From: an uncultured Thermoanaerobaculia bacterium
GTDB taxonomy: Bacteria > Acidobacteriota > Thermoanaerobaculia > Multivoradales > JBCCEF01
DNA: 61,147 nucleotides
Direction: 5' to 3'
NCBI GenBank assembly: GCA_964573125.1
Contig: CAZNIX010000001.1
Span: forward strand, 1-61,147
Shown here: positions 35,808 to 44,097 of the stretch, one piece after another
Layout: every line of letters begins with the position of its first letter
How positions within the stretch are numbered: position 1 is the stretch's first letter
Made by a program: the position numbers and the translations under genes
Notes under the pieces: generated by a model
Seen by the model: only the letters and a program-made list of their open reading frames with translations
The model's database searches: none
Told to the model about the DNA's origin: nothing

Positions 35808-36000
35808 ATTCAATGAATTGGCGGGCTAGATCCCACAATCTAGCAGATACCCGGCCGCCACCGCAGGGGGCTGCCCGCTCTCGACCAGTTCCAACGGTCT
35901 TCTCTCCTCGCCGTCAGGTCGGCCAAACTGATGCCCTATCGGTATGCCGGTGCGCAACAGGAGGGCTCACGAACACCCCCAAGAGGCCTCCGTCTGCCCC

Positions 36001-37200
36001 CTATTGTCGGCTAACGAGCAGCAACATTAAAAACCAAACGAGAAAGATCATACTGGCGACCCAATGAACAAACAGGTCGTTAATCGAGCTCTTCGAGTCG
36101 TGTCTACGGATCGCTCGCAAGAAGATCGCAGGCCTTCTGTCGCTCCCGCTGCCGATGTCGCTGTAGGTCCCAAATAGGTCGTAGGAGCCCTGCCCTCGGA
36201 GTTTTGGTGCCCATCCGAGACGTTTGATGTAGCTGACCTTGTAGATATCTTCGCGACGGCGCTGCGGCTTCACAAGGAGTATCTCGCGTTTCGCGAATGC
36301 GAGAAATGGCGAGTTGGTCTGGTTGGACGAATTGAAGACCAAGAAGCAATCGCCTTGCTTCTCGCTGGCGTCGATACGCACGACCTTCTGGAACCTGCAT
36401 CCACGAACTGCCACTTGACTCTTTCCTGCCGTGAGCCCGCTAGTCTCGGCCCTGATGCGAGCAAATTCGCTGGAGGTTATACTACGGTAATATGACCGAA
36501 GCATGCGGACATACGAGAGCGGTCGCCACACAGGTATACCCAGAACGTTGACAAAGGTGAAGTCCTCCGACCAGTTCCAGATAATAAGTGGAATGCTGAA
36601 GTCATCATAGCCTATGCTGAAGCCCAGAGCATTGGCGTAGAATAGGCGAACATTGTGTTGGAAGAAGAAGGCTAGAACAAAGAACGTGCCGGCCGTATAG
36701 AGGCGGCCGGCACGGAGCAGGAAGTCCCCGCTCTCATTCAGCAAAAGGCGCGACGTGATGATAAACCCAGCCATAATGAAGAACATCAGAAGCAGGCGCC
36801 TGACCGAGGGCTTGGCAACAAAATAGAATGGCTGCACTACCAGGATGAGACCGAGGCCCAGGAGTAGAAAGTCGCTGCTCGGCCTGATGCTTAGACTACG
36901 TCCGAGCGCAGACTTCTCACGTCCCCGAGACCTCTCGACAGGCTTGGTATACTGTGAGTGGAGCCACCCGCTCTCGCCGGTGCTATTAACTCGGACACTA
37001 TACCATGCGCCGCTCTGACCAACCAGTTCTACCTGAGTACCGGGTGGAAGCGTGCGAATCACCGAACAATTGACTGTGTTTGGACAGCGCCGGAGGTTCA
37101 GCCGCGTCGTGGTCGTCACTTGATCCGCCCGAGCGGCAGAAGAGATCGTCAACGTGACGATTGTGAGGAGCAAAGCGGCTCGACACTCTCGCTTACTCAT
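36001..37200 (-). CDS. Signal peptide + SH3b domain + multi-TM + uncharacterised C-terminal domain protein
   Basis: ORF 36001..37227, ATG 37200 (MSKRECRAALLLTIVTLTISSAARA). The SH3b-like segment is TTTRLNLRRCPNTVNCSVIRTLPPGTQVELVGQSGAWYSVRVNSTGESGWLHSQY. Four to five TM helices follow, then a ~190-aa soluble region and a terminal TM. Low G+C. Confidence 0.6.
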   Translation of the reverse strand: MSKRECRAALLLTIVTLTISSAARADQVTTTTRLNLRRCPNTVNCSVIRTLPPGTQVELVGQSGAWYSVRVNSTGESGWLHSQYTKPVERSRGREKSALGRSLSIRPSSDFLLLGLGLILVVQPFYFVAKPSVRRLLLMFFIMAGFIITSRLLLNESGDFLLRAGRLYTAGTFFVLAFFFQHNVRLFYANALGFSIGYDDFSIPLIIWNWSEDFTFVNVLGIPVWRPLSYVRMLRSYYRSITSSEFARIRAETSGLTAGKSQVAVRGCRFQKVVRIDASEKQGDCFLVFNSSNQTNSPFLAFAKREILLVKPQRRREDIYKVSYIKRLGWAPKLRGQGSYDLFGTYSDIGSGSDRRPAIFLRAIRRHDSKSSINDLFVHWVASMIFLVWFLMLLLVSRQ

Positions 37201-37483
37201 CACGGCCCTCCGAGTCCTGGCGCCCATCGGCGCCGCGGCTCATCGGCGCGCGAAGCGTGACCGGTGCCAACGTGCCAATCACGAGAGCAGGGGCTAGGGT
37301 AACCAGTGGAACCATTCTTCGCGGCCGGACCCAGGTTCGCCAGCTAGCTTTCGGTAAGTTAGTGCTGGTCATCTTGGTGCCCTCGAAGAGCTCCGTCACA
37401 CTCCGTCACCTAGACGCGCCGTTCTCGGGCGCAATGGCCGGCCTTCCCTGCTCCTTACGATCGAGGCACGATATGGAGCAATC

Positions 37484-38236
37484 CTATTGCGCAAGGCACG
37501 TTGTCCTGAATCTCTCCCAGAGAGCCGCTACCTCTTCTGCCCATCGCTTCAAGTACTGAACCCCCAGGCGGTTTTGGCGCCGTAGGTCGTCAACCCAAAT
37601 GAGGACCCCTGGAAGGCCGACCGCTGCTCCGACCCAGCCACCAGGTGTGGTCAAGGAGTAGATAATTCCAGCCACGCCAAGCGAGTAAATTCCCAAGCCC
37701 TGAGCTATTCGCCGAGGAGATCTCAATCTGCCGGTAGCCTCAAGCTTGGACATTTCCTCCTTCAGCTCAAGGCAAAGGGAGCGGCAGTCCTCCTCAAGAG
37801 CGTCGCAGTCGGTGGCCAGAAGCTCGTCCAGATCGGGAAGCCCGCGCCTACTGACGCCGAAGAAGTGAACGTGGATTACGGAGCCAGCGGTGAAGGTGAG
37901 TAGCAGAGCCACCAATATCCACTTGTAGATTTCCCACTGAGCCGCCACCATCAGCCCTTGCCCATAGAGAGGAAAAGACAAGAGTGCAAGATAAAGCACT
38001 GCGAGGGCCAGGAGGAGTCGCGCAGGCATTCCGATAGCTGCTCTAGTAGCATCCCTTACTCGGCGCATAAGCCCTCCGTATGACGTGTCTACTCGAATCA
38101 CGTCGGCAACAGCCTTAAAGATACCTGAAGCGACCTCGATCTTGGCGAGTTCCTCGCCGAAGCGCGCTCTCTCCGCTGCTGAAAGCCTGCCGAGAACCGG
38201 CCGAAGCCTAGGTCCAATCCCAAACTGTCTCTCCAT
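37484..38236 (-). CDS. Hypothetical membrane protein
   Basis: 250 aa. A helical N-terminus is followed by TM pairs (LLLALAVLYLALLSFPLY / WILVALLLTFTAGSVIHVHFF ; LGIYSLGVAGIIYSL / VGAAVGLPGVLIWV) separated by an acidic coiled segment. Low G+C. I recognise no family. Confidence 0.5.
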   Translation of the reverse strand: MERQFGIGPRLRPVLGRLSAAERARFGEELAKIEVASGIFKAVADVIRVDTSYGGLMRRVRDATRAAIGMPARLLLALAVLYLALLSFPLYGQGLMVAAQWEIYKWILVALLLTFTAGSVIHVHFFGVSRRGLPDLDELLATDCDALEEDCRSLCLELKEEMSKLEATGRLRSPRRIAQGLGIYSLGVAGIIYSLTTPGGWVGAAVGLPGVLIWVDDLRRQNRLGVQYLKRWAEEVAALWERFRTTCLAQ

Positions 38237-38269
38237 TAGTGTTTCTAGAGCGTCTCTTCCTAAGGAGGC

Positions 38270-39551
38270 GTCAGGAAATAAATGCGGCAGTCGTCAACCC
38301 CCCTTGCGAGGGCGAATGGTGTAGTTCCAGTCGCCATGGAATCCGTGAGGTTTGAGGTTGACCTGAGCCATCTGCTCGTCGGTAACGACCGTGCCCTTGG
38401 GATAGCTGCCGTGATCGATCTCGGACCTGACCCGCAGTCCCGCCGCCGTGGTGGTCGATCCGATGAGGCTGACGATGGCGGCCAGGCTGACGAGCGGTTT
38501 CCCGCGCCAGTTGGTGGCGATGTGGGAGAACAGGCGGTGTTCGATCTTGTTCCACTTGCTGGTGCCCGGCGGGAAGTGGCAGACGGTGATCGCCAGCCCG
38601 GTCCGGTTGGCGAACCGCTGCAGCTCCCACTTCCACAGCCGCAGGCGAGGCCCGTTGCTGCCGCCGGCGTCTGCCGTGATCAGCAACGAGGTGGCTTTCG
38701 CGTAGGCCGGCCGCCCCATCCGTTTCCACCAGCTTCGGATCGCGTTGACGGCGAGGCTGGCCGTGTCGTGGTCGATCCCGACGCTGACCCAGCCTTCGTT
38801 GCGGTGCAGGTCGTAGACCCCGTAGGGGATCGCCTTGCCCTGCTCGGGGATCAGGAAGTCGTGCACCCGAACCGTCTCTGGTGTGCCCTTCGGCCGCCAT
38901 TCGCGGCCCGCGTTCTTGAAGTCGCCGACCAGCTCCTTCTTCTTCGTGTCCACCGAGATGGCCGGCTGCCCGCCCTTCTGGAAACGACGGACCTGGTCGA
39001 GGATGTAGCGGAACTGCGCGTCGCGATCCGGGTGCTGGGGCCCCTCGCGGGTCTTGCGGTTGGCCTGGAGGCTGTAGCCGCTCGCATTCAGAAGCTCGGC
39101 GACCAAGTTGTGGCTCACATCGTGTCCCTGAGCCTGAAGCTCCTCCGCCAATCGACGCACGCTCTTCGACGTCCAGCGCAGCGGCGAATCGGGATCGCCG
39201 GAAGCCGTCGGCTCCACCAACGCCTCCAGATCCTCGGCCAGCGTCAGGTCCTTGTCGGTCGCTCGCTTGCGTCCGCCTCCCGGCCGACGGGTCCGCTCCG
39301 GGCTGAGCGTCTCGCCCGACTTCAGCTCCTGAATGCCCCGCTCGATCGTCGAGCGTGCAAGCCCGGTCGCCTCTCGTACCCGCTCGATTCCACCGCGACC
39401 CAGCGCACGGGCTTCCGTCGCCGCCCACAGCCGCCTCGAGCGCTCCGTCAGCACCGGCGCCAGGGCCGTGTACTTCGTACGCAGAGTCTCGCTGTCCACA
39501 CATCAGAAGCTACGACATCCTGACATGAAAGTCAAGCAGTTATTTCCTGAC
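38270..39551 (-). mobile_element. ISAzo13-family insertion sequence (~1.28 kb) with terminal inverted repeats
   Basis: GTCAGGAAATAA at 38270-38281 is the exact reverse complement of TTATTTCCTGAC at 39540-39551, with partial matches a few nt further inward. The IRs enclose only the transposase ORF. I found no clear target-site duplication. Confidence 0.8.
38294..39499 (-). CDS. ISAzo13-family DDE transposase
   Basis: 401 aa, colinear with the ISAzo13/Rhodopirellula-type transposase pattern: DPDSPLRWTSKS, HPDRDAQF, ISVDTKKKELVGDFKN, AIPYGVYD, GWVSVGIDHDTA, LLITADAGGSNG, CHFPPGTSKWNKIEHRLFS. Confidence 0.9.
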   Translation of the reverse strand: MDSETLRTKYTALAPVLTERSRRLWAATEARALGRGGIERVREATGLARSTIERGIQELKSGETLSPERTRRPGGGRKRATDKDLTLAEDLEALVEPTASGDPDSPLRWTSKSVRRLAEELQAQGHDVSHNLVAELLNASGYSLQANRKTREGPQHPDRDAQFRYILDQVRRFQKGGQPAISVDTKKKELVGDFKNAGREWRPKGTPETVRVHDFLIPEQGKAIPYGVYDLHRNEGWVSVGIDHDTASLAVNAIRSWWKRMGRPAYAKATSLLITADAGGSNGPRLRLWKWELQRFANRTGLAITVCHFPPGTSKWNKIEHRLFSHIATNWRGKPLVSLAAIVSLIGSTTTAAGLRVRSEIDHGSYPKGTVVTDEQMAQVNLKPHGFHGDWNYTIRPRKGG

Positions 39552-39564
39552 ATTCCCTAACCGT

Positions 39565-39822
39565 TCAAGTTGCCTGAAATCGTCCACATCTGCAAGTGAG
39601 AATTCGCTCTAGATTATCGAGGTGTACTTGCAGCTGCACGCAGCTTCTAGCCGGCCGCGTGGATTTCTTGAACTCACGAGCCATGTCATCCAAACATAGG
39701 CTTATGCTGTCCAAGTACGTGGCTAATCTTTCGCGTTGATTTCGACGACCCCGGAGTACATCTCGCTTAAGAGGCAGGAGCATGTTGGCTACTGCCAGGA
39801 CAATGTCCGCAAAGGTAGTCAT
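39565..39822 (-). CDS. Hypothetical 85-aa protein (weak call)
   Basis: An open frame in A/T-richer DNA immediately right of the IS. There are no recognisable motifs, and it may be a fragment. Confidence 0.3.
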   Translation of the reverse strand: MTTFADIVLAVANMLLPLKRDVLRGRRNQRERLATYLDSISLCLDDMAREFKKSTRPARSCVQLQVHLDNLERILTCRCGRFQAT

Positions 39823-40110
39823 CGGATGGCCGGTCCCACGGAGCTTTTCGGTAGCGACGTGCTGAGAAGGCTAAGGCCTGCGAAGACCTAGAGTAGTTTT
39901 AATGAAGCCGCTTCGGGGCAGCTTCGGAGAGGCGCCCCGTCGTGGTGCGCCTACGGCTCCCGAGTCGCCGTCCGCCAGTCTGCCGAGCGCCGAGGCCGTC
40001 GGTGGTATCCCCTGGTTTGATGAAAAGCGGTTCACGACACCGGACCTCGCGCCTTCGCAGGGATCTCGATTCCTCACGCGGCTGGAGCCATCGTGGCCAC
40101 TGGAATCGGA

Positions 40111-40270
40111 TCTCTAGTGAGCAGCAGCTAAAATGCTGTGCCTGCGCGGGGCCACAGCCACCGTCGCAGGCGCTCGTCCTCCCTCTCGGGATCACTGCTC
40201 CGGAGACTGCTACAGGACAGCAGCTATAGTCAAATCGAAACATGCGCTCAGGCGCGTAGGGTCGGAGGTC
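40111..40270 (+). repeat. Copy A of an unclassified ~100-160-nt interspersed repeat
   Basis: It shares with copies B and C the blocks CTCTAG.., GCTAAAA/GACACTG, (GCCTGCGCGGGGCCACAGCCACCGTCGC with B), CTCGG..CACTGCTCCGGAGACTGCTACAG, AGTCAAATC and GGCGCGTAGG. It lies 76 nt downstream of the FG-GAP/SGNH gene stop. Confidence 0.7.
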
Positions 40271-40345
40271 TCAAGGCTTAGGGGTTAGTCTGTAGTTTCT
40301 ACGGCCGAGGTTTGGCCTACCTGCGGGCCGCAGGGTTCTCAACGC

Positions 40346-43099
40346 TCAGGGCGAAGACGAGCTCCACCCCGACAGGTCGCCCGTCTCGAAGGTGTCCGCG
40401 AACAGGCAGTTGAAGGCGTCCTCCGCGGTCTCGTTGGGCCAGGTCGGGCAACGGTCGAGCGGCGCGCAGAAGCCGTCGCCGTCGATGTCGTTGAGCGGGT
40501 CGAGCGGACAGGGGTCGATGTCGGCGCACAGGCCGTCGCCGTCCCAGTCATCTTCGGAGTCACCCGGGCAGGCGTCGCAGGCGTCACCCGCGCCGTCGCC
40601 GTCGGCATCCTCCTGTCCGGGATTGGCGACCACCGCGCAGTTGTCGCAAAGATCGGGGAAGCCGTCGAGGTCGGCATCGGTGGCCTCCGAGGCCGCGAGG
40701 TCGACCTCGGCGTAGAGAGACATGCCGGCCCCGGAGGAGGCAGTCCCTACCGCCTTGAACAGCGCCCGGCCCACCGGTGCGCCGGGCGCGATTTGCACCA
40801 AGACGTCGAGCCGCCCCATGGGATCGGCCGTTGCGCTCCCGAGGCTCTCGGAGTACACGCCCGAGTCCGCGAGCAGGCGCAGCAGCACGCCGCTGGCGGG
40901 CTCGAGCCCCGCGCCCGCAAGGCGAACCGTCTGGCCCGGGACGAAGGTGTGGAAGACCAGTCCGCAGCCGGCGATCTCGGCCTCGACGTGAAGCTCGCCC
41001 TGCTCGGCGACCGGTCCGGCCGTCGGCCGCGCAGCCGCAGGCGACGGGCAGCTCGGTGGGGAGGGGTTCTCGATCCGGTCCCGGACGGCGAGGGCGTATC
41101 CCACCTGGCCGGCGAGGTTTGGATGGAAACTCTCGCTGTCATTGAAGAACTTGACCCCGTGGAGCCACCGCTGACCGCCCGCGCAGACGTCGTGGCCGAC
41201 GAACGCGCCGCGCACGTCAACGTAGGCGAGCCCGACCTCGGCGGCGGCGCATTGCATCGCGGTGTTCAACTCGTCCCCTAGATCGTTGATCCACTCCTGC
41301 TCGCTCTCCTGGAAGAAGTTGCCAAGGCACTCGCCGGCCGGGTTCCCAAAGAGCCGCGGATAACCGACGACGTAGACCGTCGCCTCGGGCGCGGCTGCCT
41401 GGAGCTGCTGGTAGGCGGTGGCGAGTCGTCCGCCGGCCAACTCCGCGATCGCGGCTTCGACCTGCGCGCGAAGCGACGACCCGGGTTCTCCGTCGGGGAT
41501 AAAGAGCGGATCGTCACACGTCGGGCCGATGAAGAACCCGGTCCAGGCACACTCCGTAAGCACCTTCTTGAACAGAGCGTCGTTGCCGCCGATGGTGATC
41601 GTGACGACGTCCGCATCGGGCAGGAGTGGATCGCCGAGCTGCGCGGGCTCAGCGTTGGGCCCCACCCCGAAGGGCGGAAACTCCCGCGGGCTCGTCAGGT
41701 GCTGGACCACGGCCCCCGAGCAGGCAACGTTGTGCCGCAGCTCGGCCTCCGGGAGCGCGACCGCGCCGCTGTCGCCTCCCGGCTCGTCCCCGGGCCAGGC
41801 GCGGGCGGAGCGGTGGCACATGTTCTGGCCCGGCCGGTTTGTAGCCCCGTAACGGCCGGCGCCCTCGCCGGAGGAGTACGAGTCCCCGACCGCCGCCGAT
41901 TCGACGAAATTGAGGCCAGGAGTGTTGCGAAAGATGGAGAGGCTTCCACCGCTCTCATTTGTAACGATAAGGTCCTCGGCCCCATCACCATCGAGGTCGC
42001 CTATCGCTAGCTGCGTTGGCACCGGACCTGTGGGTAGGCTTGGACCTGGCACGAAGGACACGGTACCAGGGATACTCACGTTGCGAAGAATACTGGCGGT
42101 GTCACCTCCTGAGTTTGCAGTCGCAAGTTCGAAGCCATCGCTAGCCGTCAGGTCACCGGCGGCGAGGCCGTCGGGCTGGCTCCCCCCCGGGAACATCACT
42201 GGATCCGCGAAGGAGAAGACCCCGGGAGTGCTCGTGTTACGAAGAACAGTGAAGGTATTCTGAAAGGCATCGGATGTTGCGACATCGAGCAACCCATCCC
42301 GGTCAGCATCAAGAAGCACAACGTCGGCGGGGCCATCACCAACAGAGAAGATGACTGCGGAATCAAACATGAAGTCGCCGGGCGTGCTTCTGTTTCTCTG
42401 AACATACACGCTGTCGGTATCGGTGATGGCGACGACTACATCAACTTTGGTGTCGCCGTCCATGTCGCCAAGCGCAAGAGGTCGCGCATGACTTGCTGTA
42501 GAGAGCTCGAGGCGACGCACTAGAGAGATGAGCCCTGGTGAACTGTTGTTCTGAAATATACTGACATGGCTGCTCCCGTTGCTCGTCACTGCTAGATCGA
42601 GCTTTCCATCGCCATCGAGATCGGCGGCACGGACTCGATGGGCGGTATGGACAAAATAGTCTATATGCGGCTCCAGACTAATCAGCCCTGGTGAGCTGAT
42701 ATTGCGCAAGACGGATAGAGACTGGCCGCCGTTCTGTCCCGAGTTGGCTGTCGCAATATCGAGCTTCCCGTCGCCGTCCACATCCACAACTATTATCCCT
42801 TGGGGATGCCTTCCCGTAAGGAAGGTCTCAGGCGGAGCAAGCATCACCTCCCCTGGATCGCCGATGTTGCGCAGAACTGCCACTTGATGCTCCTCGTGAA
42901 CGGCAACGACTACATCAGTTCTGCCGTCAGCATCAATATCAGCGAGAGTTACGCCAAGTGGAGCGACGCCTACGGCGACATCGATACGGGGATCGAAGTT
43001 CTGGCCATAGCTCGCAGGCGCTTGGCCGATTAGTTCAAGGAATAGAATGAGTGCAGGTATCCACTTTAGCGTGTAGGTTCCTTGTTTGGAATAATACAT
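40346..43099 (-). CDS. Secreted FG-GAP/VCBS repeat - SGNH hydrolase - thrombospondin type-3 (Ca-binding) repeat fusion protein
   Basis: ORF 40346..43372. The likely start is ATG 43099 (MYYSKQGTYTLKWIPALILFLELIGQAPASYG signal). Six or more FG-GAP blades (DIDADGRTDVVVA, VDGDGKLDIATAN, DLDGDGKLDLAVTSN ...) are followed by SGNH blocks (AAVGDSYSSGEG, TIGGNDALF, DSESFHPN). The C-terminal DADLDGFPDLCDNC..DADGDGAGDACDACP..DGDGLCADIDPCP are TSP3-like repeats. Confidence 0.85.
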   Translation of the reverse strand: MYYSKQGTYTLKWIPALILFLELIGQAPASYGQNFDPRIDVAVGVAPLGVTLADIDADGRTDVVVAVHEEHQVAVLRNIGDPGEVMLAPPETFLTGRHPQGIIVVDVDGDGKLDIATANSGQNGGQSLSVLRNISSPGLISLEPHIDYFVHTAHRVRAADLDGDGKLDLAVTSNGSSHVSIFQNNSSPGLISLVRRLELSTASHARPLALGDMDGDTKVDVVVAITDTDSVYVQRNRSTPGDFMFDSAVIFSVGDGPADVVLLDADRDGLLDVATSDAFQNTFTVLRNTSTPGVFSFADPVMFPGGSQPDGLAAGDLTASDGFELATANSGGDTASILRNVSIPGTVSFVPGPSLPTGPVPTQLAIGDLDGDGAEDLIVTNESGGSLSIFRNTPGLNFVESAAVGDSYSSGEGAGRYGATNRPGQNMCHRSARAWPGDEPGGDSGAVALPEAELRHNVACSGAVVQHLTSPREFPPFGVGPNAEPAQLGDPLLPDADVVTITIGGNDALFKKVLTECAWTGFFIGPTCDDPLFIPDGEPGSSLRAQVEAAIAELAGGRLATAYQQLQAAAPEATVYVVGYPRLFGNPAGECLGNFFQESEQEWINDLGDELNTAMQCAAAEVGLAYVDVRGAFVGHDVCAGGQRWLHGVKFFNDSESFHPNLAGQVGYALAVRDRIENPSPPSCPSPAAARPTAGPVAEQGELHVEAEIAGCGLVFHTFVPGQTVRLAGAGLEPASGVLLRLLADSGVYSESLGSATADPMGRLDVLVQIAPGAPVGRALFKAVGTASSGAGMSLYAEVDLAASEATDADLDGFPDLCDNCAVVANPGQEDADGDGAGDACDACPGDSEDDWDGDGLCADIDPCPLDPLNDIDGDGFCAPLDRCPTWPNETAEDAFNCLFADTFETGDLSGWSSSSP

Positions 43100-43177
43100 G
43101 GCTCGCTTACACCTCCCCGAAGGGTGAGATATTTGAAGTGCGGCTGCTTTATTTGACGTGACTTCTGGACTCGCGGC

Positions 43178-43280
43178 TCTGGCAAGGAACGCTAAGACAC
43201 TGTCGCCTGCGCGGGCCACAGCCACCGTCGCGGGGTCACTCGTCCACACTCTCGGAACACTGCTCCGGAGACTGTCAAGA
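43178..43280 (+). repeat. Copy B of the interspersed repeat (3'-truncated)
   Basis: CTCTGGCAAGGAACGCTAAGACACTGTCGCCTGCGCGGGCCACAGCCACCGTCGC...CTCGGAACACTGCTCCGGAGACTG. It shares its 5' part with C and its central part with A, and lies 79 nt upstream of (antisense to) the FG-GAP/SGNH gene start. Confidence 0.7.
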
Positions 43281-43490
43281 AAGCCGCCGGGCTGACACGC
43301 AGCCATGCCCGGGTCGTCGCTCGACGGCACCGCCACCGGCGGCGGAAACAGCCGCCGCGAAGATAGTGACAACCAATGACAAGACTGCGATGAAGGAACC
43401 TAGGTCCATTGACTAGCCTGTAGAAATGAGGGAGTCCTAGCCCTAGCTGCCTTTGCCCATCAGTCACGCCCCCTCGGGGCCTAGACTCGG

Positions 43491-43640
43491 ACCTCTAGCA
43501 AGGAACGCTAAAACACTGCGAATCGGCGCCGGGGCGCCGGTCGCCGTTCACGCTCCTCGGTGCACTGGCTCGGAGACTGCTACAGAGTGCGAGCCAGAGT
43601 CAAATCTGCATATCTACGGAGGCGCGTAGGCTCTGAGGGG
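43491..43640 (+). repeat. Copy C of the interspersed repeat
   Basis: CCTCTAGCAAGGAACGCTAAAACACTG...CTCGGTGCACTGGCTCGGAGACTGCTACAGAGTG..AGAGTCAAATC...GGAGGCGCGTAGGCTCTGAGGGG. The central segment differs from A/B but forms its own perfect hairpin (CGGCGCC-GG-GGCGCCG). Confidence 0.7.
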
Positions 43641-43749
43641 AAGCGACTTGGAGGTCATCGCAGCTGAGGGAGAGGTGCCGTCGAGCTGGCGGCGGGAGAT
43701 CGGGAGGGCGGCAAGGCCAGCCGATCGCGGTACGGGTAGGATCATCCCC

Positions 43750-44097
43750 GTGGTTGCTCGTTCGGCGCTCTGGCTCCTCTCGTCGCTCGCCGCGGTCAGT
43801 GCCACCGGCGAGGTGGTGACGATCCGCCCCGTCCACGTCGTCGGCCGGTTGCCCGTCGAGGCCACGGCGGAGCTGCTGGTCGGCAACTACAACGACCGAG
43901 AGACCCTCACCCGGGAGTCCGCAGAGCGTCGCCGCCCCGGCACGCGACTCCCGGATTGCATCGTCATGCGCTGTTCGCCGCCAGGCGCGTGGCATACGGT
44001 GGGGGGCCGGCCCCTCGGCCGCGGCCGGACCGGACCGTGCGCCCAGCGAGGCGGTGGGGAGGAGCAGCGATGGACGGCGCGACGCTCGGTTGGGTGA
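43750..44097 (+). CDS. Possible small secreted protein (weak call)
   Basis: Within ORF 43648..44097, GTG 43750 gives (M)VARSALWLLSSLAAVSATGEVVTIRPVHVVGRLPVE.. with a signal-peptide-like start and G/C-rich third positions. The Arg/Gly-rich tail overlaps the next gene start, so the end is doubtful. Confidence 0.25.
   Translation: MVARSALWLLSSLAAVSATGEVVTIRPVHVVGRLPVEATAELLVGNYNDRETLTRESAERRRPGTRLPDCIVMRCSPPGAWHTVGGRPLGRGRTGPCAQRGGGEEQRWTARRSVG

Noticed and set aside
40111-43640. Interpreting the three-copy repeat as a CRISPR array or as integron attC sites
   Set aside because: It is not CRISPR: there are only three copies, of 100-160 nt, separated by 3 kb and 0.2 kb with no regular spacers. 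It is not convincingly attC: I see no RYYYAAC/GTTRRRY core pairs at the ends, and the recombinases here look XerC/D-like rather than IntI-like. I could not test for the IntI-specific insertion.
43956-44069. Using the first ATG (43956) as the start of the giant exoprotein gene
   Set aside because: The 38 extra residues are Arg/Pro/Gly-rich and overlap the tail of the possible small ORF. ATG 44070 is followed at once by a TM helix, and ATG 44733 by a signal peptide.
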